Sequence record: OR455461.1 | Direction: 5' to 3' (one strand) | Length of the DNA: 64,000 nucleotides | In this document: in pieces, positions 58,234 through 64,000 of the stretch | How positions within the stretch are numbered: the stretch's first letter is position 1 | Layout of the letters: the number at the start of each line of letters is the position of its first letter | Program-made: the position numbers and the translations under genes | The notes under the pieces: model-generated | Told to the model about the DNA's origin: nothing | Database searches by the model: none | Seen by the model: only the letters and a program-made list of their open reading frames with translations

Positions 58234-60708
58234 TTAAAAACTACTATCATCATCTGCATTATCATCGGAACCAAATGAATTATCATCATCAGAACCAAAT
58301 GAATCATCTTCGGATTTTTTTGATAGATCCTCTTCTCTGTTATCTTTTTCTATATCTTTTTTAACATTCTCAATAATATTTTCAAATCTATCATAAGATA
58401 AATTAGACATAAACTCTTGAGTTACTAATTCTTTTCTAAATAATCTCTTAAGTTTATCATTTTCAGTCTCGTCTTCAGTTTCTGGAGTATATAAAGGAAC
58501 TAAGAAATCTAACATTTGTGTTACTGCACCAACTTCTTCATTTAAATTACCTAAATTTAAAAATACTGGTGGTGGGAAATATGCTTCTATTTCCGATATA
58601 GTTCCTAATAGTTCTTCATAATCTTTTTCATCACTAGTTTCCTTATTCTCTAAATAATATAAACGTCTTAATACTTTAGTAAAGAAATCTCCAAATGAAT
58701 TTTGATAGTTAACTACTTTTCTTACAAAACCATTATTTTGCATTGCTAATGATCTTGCATAATCAGTTTCAGCTTCTGAATCAATATAATTCAAAGGTAC
58801 TCCTGTACCTGAAATAACAGATTTCTTAAGCCATTCTAAGAACTCATCATTAATATCAATTTGAATACCTGAAATGGTATCTATTTCTAAAGGTGTATTA
58901 CCGTCTTTATTCTCAGGAATGTACATGTTCTCTAAATTACCTACTTGATTAAACATTGTTTGAACTGATGTTCCATCTCCAAACATACCAGAAGACATTT
59001 CACTAGATCTTACATTACGAATAACTTCCTCTACAGTTCCTTCATAATCATCATCTAATCCAGATTTAACTCTAAATACACGTCTATCTCTTGACTGATT
59101 TATTTTAACCATCATGGTAGTAATTAATGTACTTAAATATAATTTAGCAAAGAATAATGATTTATATAATCTTGAAACTCCATATGTCTTTTGACTATCA
59201 AGTTTATGATGTACAACTTCTTCAGGTTCTAAGTAAGTTAATTTAACACCATTTTCAATAATATAATTTTTACGTATTAAACGATATATAACATCTTTAA
59301 ATGAATCGTTCTTATTAACAAAATCCATATCAATTTTCTGAGCTATACCTTTAACCATTACATCTACAAGACCTTGATAAGCCATCAATGTATTACCATT
59401 TTCAAAGTAAGAACCTGATGTAGCATTCATTCCAGCATTTGGATTTTTAGAATTCGTGGTTGTTCCTCCCATAGCTGAATTACCTGTAACAGGATCTAAA
59501 TTAGTTATTCCCATTCCATTTGACATAGAACCCATTTGGGATTGTTTTTGATATCCATCTCCCATAATACCGTTCATAGCACTTAATAAAGGATTTGCTC
59601 CTCCTCTAATATCAGTACCAGAATCAGGTTCAATATAAAGATAACCAATACATAAACCATCTACTTCTAATTTAATCATATCTTCTGGATTAACATTTCG
59701 GAAATATGTAGTTCCACCTTTAATCTTTTTATCTTTGTTACTTCCTTGAGCTTTATCTAAGAAAGATTGAAGGTCATTTGAACCTTTATATTTACCAACA
59801 TCAGAAAGTAATTCAGAAGAATTTTTAAAGAATTCTACATTTTCATTAATACTCTTAAGAATCTCATTTTTAAAATTTTCTTTTTGTAATTTAACATTCT
59901 TTTCATCTTTATATATTGATCCTTCATCAATATGATTATTTAATTCCTTAAGTAAGATATCTAAATCTTCATTATTAATTTCTTCATCTAAAAATGATTC
60001 ATTAATAACTTTAGCATCATCAACAGAAGAACTTTCTCTACCTAAAACATCATCGTTCTCAGTAAGTATTTCTTCAAAATCTTTTCTAGTATCTTTAATA
60101 ATATAGAAAAGGTCACCTAACATTAATCCTTCTCTTACTGAAGGATATATTAATTTATTTAAATCATATTTTTCCACAATACGATCTAATTCTCTTTTAA
60201 CTTTTCTATTCTCTTCATTATTTTCATTAATGTCAGATTTATATCTATACATTAATGATAATTTACTAGTATCATCAGGAGCTATAATTGAAGTTGAGAA
60301 TACATCTATACTAGAAGAAATTTCTGGTATAAATTTATCTATAATACGATAATCGTCATATCTAGATATTCTAGCTACTTCAGTACTAAAATCTTGATCA
60401 TCAATATTCTCTTTAATAAAATCATTAACAAAGTTTTGTCTATCATCTTTAGATACAGTTTTATTCTTTCTACTGTTACTCATTTCTTTAGCAGTAACCT
60501 TAGCACCTAAAGATAATAAATCTCCACCATTGTCATCTCTATGACTAGTTTTTCTTCTTATATTAGGTAATCTTTTATTAAAATCGTTAATACTATTTCC
60601 TAGTATTTTAGGATTTTCTTCAGGATCTAAACTTTTAATAATGTCTTTATTTAAATTATTAAAAGAATTATTTATTTTATTATTTTCATCAGCCAAATTC
60701 CATTTCAT
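58234..60708 (-). CDS. Portal protein (T4 gp20-like)
   Basis: IDVFSTSIIAPD, LMLGDLFY, YGVSRLYKS, ENMYIP....TPLEIDTISG, VISGTGVP motifs. Confidence 0.8.
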   Translation of the reverse strand: MKWNLADENNKINNSFNNLNKDIIKSLDPEENPKILGNSINDFNKRLPNIRRKTSHRDDNGGDLLSLGAKVTAKEMSNSRKNKTVSKDDRQNFVNDFIKENIDDQDFSTEVARISRYDDYRIIDKFIPEISSSIDVFSTSIIAPDDTSKLSLMYRYKSDINENNEENRKVKRELDRIVEKYDLNKLIYPSVREGLMLGDLFYIIKDTRKDFEEILTENDDVLGRESSSVDDAKVINESFLDEEINNEDLDILLKELNNHIDEGSIYKDEKNVKLQKENFKNEILKSINENVEFFKNSSELLSDVGKYKGSNDLQSFLDKAQGSNKDKKIKGGTTYFRNVNPEDMIKLEVDGLCIGYLYIEPDSGTDIRGGANPLLSAMNGIMGDGYQKQSQMGSMSNGMGITNLDPVTGNSAMGGTTTNSKNPNAGMNATSGSYFENGNTLMAYQGLVDVMVKGIAQKIDMDFVNKNDSFKDVIYRLIRKNYIIENGVKLTYLEPEEVVHHKLDSQKTYGVSRLYKSLFFAKLYLSTLITTMMVKINQSRDRRVFRVKSGLDDDYEGTVEEVIRNVRSSEMSSGMFGDGTSVQTMFNQVGNLENMYIPENKDGNTPLEIDTISGIQIDINDEFLEWLKKSVISGTGVPLNYIDSEAETDYARSLAMQNNGFVRKVVNYQNSFGDFFTKVLRRLYYLENKETSDEKDYEELLGTISEIEAYFPPPVFLNLGNLNEEVGAVTQMLDFLVPLYTPETEDETENDKLKRLFRKELVTQEFMSNLSYDRFENIIENVKKDIEKDNREEDLSKKSEDDSFGSDDDNSFGSDDNADDDSSF

Positions 60709-60733
60709 CTCCTTTTTAGAATTTTTCCTTATA

Positions 60734-61519
60734 TTATATATTATAAATCAAAAAATCTAAATTTGCTATAAATTTATCTTGAGAAATTGAAAATTTTAGT
60801 AAGATAAATTCACTATATACATCTGTTTCCGGAGCAAAGATATCTACATGAACTTCAGGACAAACAATATTTCCTTTTGTAGTTTTATATTTTAATCCTA
60901 ATAAATATTTCTTTGAAGTTCTGAAATCAATTAAATAATCATCTTCATCATAAATATAATACGGTTCTCTTACAAACATTTCATTTTCAGTAAATACACA
61001 TTTAAAGAATTCAGAAGGTTTACATTCTTTAATATATAATAAAGATTTTTCATCTAAATTAAAAGAATAGAAAGGATCTAATTCTTTAAGAAATTTAATA
61101 GCATCTTCTGTATAATTATATTCTTCATTGATATTCTCTTCATTATGATAATCTTTATCATCAATAATTGTTTCTAAATCCGATTCTCTAGTAAACTTAA
61201 TACCTTTATTATCTTCATCATTAAAGAATTCTACTTTAATAATTTTATCAGCTTTATTAGTTCTAACTTGTATAAAATCTTCTACATTAAAACTACAATA
61301 CTCAATTGGAAGAAGATAATCATAAATTGGATTATCTTCTTTAATTTGTACATTAACATTATTAGGTATAGTTTCTAAATTAGAACCATTAGTAAATACA
61401 TTATTTTTGAAATCTATCAATTTACTTCCATTTTCAATATTATTAAATAATTTAGAAATTTCTTCAAAGGTCATGACTAATTTATTTACTATTTTACTTT
61501 CTTCAATTAAAATACTCAA
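60734..61519 (-). CDS. Hypothetical protein
   Basis: 261 aa, TTG start with AAGGAG SD, coupled to the DNA polymerase gene. Confidence 0.65.
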   Translation of the reverse strand: MSILIEESKIVNKLVMTFEEISKLFNNIENGSKLIDFKNNVFTNGSNLETIPNNVNVQIKEDNPIYDYLLPIEYCSFNVEDFIQVRTNKADKIIKVEFFNDEDNKGIKFTRESDLETIIDDKDYHNEENINEEYNYTEDAIKFLKELDPFYSFNLDEKSLLYIKECKPSEFFKCVFTENEMFVREPYYIYDEDDYLIDFRTSKKYLLGLKYKTTKGNIVCPEVHVDIFAPETDVYSEFILLKFSISQDKFIANLDFLIYNI

Positions 61520-61522
61520 AGG

Positions 61523-63392
61523 TTAAGCTCCTTTACTTTTTATTTTATCAGATACTTTCTTAGCTGCAACATTCAATGGAGGTAAACCATGAAATTCTTG
61601 AGCAAAGGATACACTATCTTGACTGTTAAATTTACTAATAAATTCAGTATTAAAGTCATAATTTAATTTGTCTTCTTCATACTTAGGAACTGTCATTGTA
61701 GATTTATCTCGTATTTGAATTTTACCTATGTGTCCTTCAGGAGTTATATTAAATCCTCTAATAATTGAAGGATATAGTGAACTCAAGTCAAAGTCACATA
61801 CATTACTAAATATTCTATTAGATCTAATATCTTTACCTTTAACTAAAATATCTCCCATACGTTCTATTAAAGTCATATTAGCTACAAATCCACCACGTAT
61901 TTTATCTGCATTTGGATCAGATAGTATTTTAGAGTGATTATTACTTAATACAAATCCTTGATTTTCAAAGAAGACAGAACTACGATTTCTTAAACAAATA
62001 GTTTTCTTAAGTGCTTTACTTGGTCTAGTTCTAGTCATATCTACAATAGAGAATAGTAAATCAAACATATTAGTGTTCTTCTCTATTAAAGCAGTTAATA
62101 TGGTATCTTTAATATTATAAAGAATGAATGTGTAATAATCTCTAAAATGTAAATCAGAGATAGAGCCTTCATATACATCCTTTTTAATTCCAGTTTCTTT
62201 TTCACCAACATCATTTAACTTAACTGATTCCATTACACCGTTCGGTTTATTCACATTTGCATATAAAGCTAATTGGTCAATCCAGTTAGTGTATGAGTTA
62301 GTTTCGAATGTAGATGATCTATTAGCTGCATCTGTAGCATTCTTATCTAATCTATAATAAGCTTTTTTATCTTGTAAATCTTTAGAACAGAAATAATCTG
62401 CTGGATCTTCTCCATTAACTTTAATTCTTTCAAATATAGTTGCAAAGTCAAAATCTAGATTCCATGCGGTACATATATCAGGCTTACTAATTTCATTAAT
62501 ATAGTATAAGAATGATTTAATAATTTCCATTTCAGTATCTAATTCATATATTTCAAATTCTAAACCTAAATCTTCTCCAATCTCACTATCTTTATTATTA
62601 TAAATATTATTTAGATCTTCCATTAATTTAGTTTTATCTGTCATAACTTCATTATAATTATCCGTATCATATTTTAATGCAAATGTTAAACATTTACGTT
62701 TACTCCAATCAACTACAGTTATAATATTAATTTCAGCCATTCCTGGTTCAGGGACATTTATATTAACTTCATACAATTGTATAAAGATTAGACTATATCT
62801 TATCAATATCAGTGATAATTATATTTAGTCGTTGAACACAATTAAATGTGATGCTGATTGTCTTTAAACTTTTCAGCAATTAATAATTTTTTAATTGAGC
62901 TACCTAAAACCCAATTACATTTGATCCATCTACCTCTATATCAAATAGACATATATCAATTCCAACTTTACTATCTAAGTTTTGTTTGATATATTCATTG
63001 ATATTATAATCTTCAATATTAATATCAGATCCATGAACATTATTCATTAAATGAAAATCTTTTAATTTTCTAAACTCTTCATAATTACCTGAAGATAATA
63101 TTCTATCGTATTCTGATTTATCTTGAGCATTACCTGCTTCTCTAACTATAGATTTAATAACATCTTTATGTTTACAATGTACAGTTCTAACTTTCTCTTT
63201 TGCCATAGAACCTACAACTTGACCAGGTGGTAACCAATATTCATCTTTAGTAACATAATAGTGCATCATTGGATCCACTATTTCCATATGTTTTTTAGTT
63301 CCATCTTCTTCTTTAACAACCATTACTACTTTTTCTTTTTTATTAGATGTTTCTTTTTTATTCAAATATGTTGATTTTATAAAACGACCCAT
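61523..63392 (-). CDS. polB: Family B DNA polymerase, N-terminal part (3'-5' exonuclease plus motif A); spliced, 2 exons, 571 aa
   Basis: Exons 63392-62909 and 62754-61523 join as DIEVDGSNVIG-F-PEPGMAE (ExoI). AWNLDFD (ExoII), YNIKDT (ExoIII) and DFDLSSLYPSII (motif A) are present; motifs B/C are absent, so the polymerase is split. Confidence 0.88.
62755..62908 (-). mobile_element. Group I intron, ORF-less, 154 nt
   Basis: P1 exon AAUUGGGU / IGS GCUCAAUU (8 bp, U.G); same P4/R/S core; ends AUAAAUG. Confidence 0.92.
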
Positions 63393-63557
63393 AACTAAAA
63401 ATTCCTCCTAATTCAAGTTATTTCATAATTGCTAGTTATTATAATTTTGTAAAAAATTAAAAATATAATGCCAAACAACTTTATTAAAGTTGTTTGGCGT
63501 GTTTTATATTTATTTAGTCCAAATAAAACCTGTTTCTTTAGTAGTTTTTGATTCTTT

Positions 63558-63758
63558 TTAAATTTTCCCTTTTGATTTTAATTCTAAGTAATAATCATTT
63601 AACTTTTCACAAATATTTAAAGATAATCCACCTATTTCTCTTTTACCATTCTTAAGTTTAGATATTTGTGATTGATCTACTTTTGTTTCTTTTGCAATTC
63701 TACTTCCATTTATATTACTTTTAAGTAATTTTTCTATATTATTTCTCATCTCACTCAT
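63558..63758 (-). CDS. XRE/Cro-type HTH protein (66 aa; true start probably ATG 63758)
   Basis: GSRIAKETKVDQSQISKLKNGKR HTH; GGAG SD before 63758. Confidence 0.75.
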   Translation of the reverse strand: MSEMRNNIEKLLKSNINGSRIAKETKVDQSQISKLKNGKREIGGLSLNICEKLNDYYLELKSKGKI

Positions 63759-63780
63759 ATATAAACTCCCATTCCATATT

Positions 63781-63942
63781 TTATAATAATTTATCTTCTT
63801 CATTATATACATATTTTTCTGTATCAACTGTGTCGATATCATCTTGCTGATATCTAGTTCTTAAATGTTCAAAGAATAAGTTAAGTGGTAAAGCAATTGC
63901 AATAGTCATTAAAGTAGATATTAGTAGTCTTTTTTTATTCAT
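63781..63942 (-). CDS. 53-aa small membrane protein, missed by the ORF track
   Basis: AAGGATG SD, MNKKRLLISTLMTIAIALPLNLFF hydrophobic segment, TAA at 63783-63781. Confidence 0.6.
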   Translation of the reverse strand: MNKKRLLISTLMTIAIALPLNLFFEHLRTRYQQDDIDTVDTEKYVYNEEDKLL

Positions 63943-64000
63943 TTTTAAAACATCCTTTTCAAATTTAATTTAATTTAAATAATACATTTTTACCTTGCAT

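Noticed and set aside
1528-61937. Many short antisense or alternate-frame ORFs in the track (e.g. 1528, 6879, 11166, 12334, 13514, 17636, 17848, 20243, 20796, 23117, 24335, 25855, 28322, 30930, 34136, 38329, 40847, 43869, 44325, 44426, 46519, 47409, 47444, 48066, 48073, 49464, 51458, 61728)
   Set aside because: They lie within or opposite longer genes with clear motifs, lack SD sequences and have the I/L/F/S-rich or repetitive composition expected of shadow frames in AT-rich DNA.

Overview
A very AT-rich segment of a lytic jumbo myophage of the AR9/PBS1 type. The two SH3b-bearing lysins (amidase, CHAP) point to a staphylococcal host, and the gene content resembles MarsHill/Madawaska/Machias-like phages. 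The window encodes baseplate, tail, portal and head-associated proteins, a GroEL-like chaperonin, RNase H, dCMP deaminase, an SF2 helicase, an SSB-like protein, three multisubunit RNA polymerase beta/beta' genes, the exonuclease/motif-A part of a split family-B DNA polymerase, and free-standing homing-type endonucleases. The main result is one the ORF track misses: six ORF-less, ultra-compact group I introns (151, 154, 165, 177, 180 and 212 nt) sit in catalytic motifs of RNAP beta, RNAP beta' and the DNA polymerase. Two intron pairs flank micro-exons of only 16 and 24 nt. Exact splice junctions follow from U.G P1 pairing, the terminal G and restoration of conserved motifs. Three introns share an IGS and the target GGT|ACT across two genes, which suggests IGS-guided spread. 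Other leads are two tRNA-like genes with non-canonical anticodon loops, two candidate large structured ncRNAs (about 16.05-16.65 kb and 29.09-29.52 kb), a recoded target duplication around a homing endonuclease, and a probable -1 frameshift in a tail chaperone. All calls come from manual inspection; no searches or folding programs were run.
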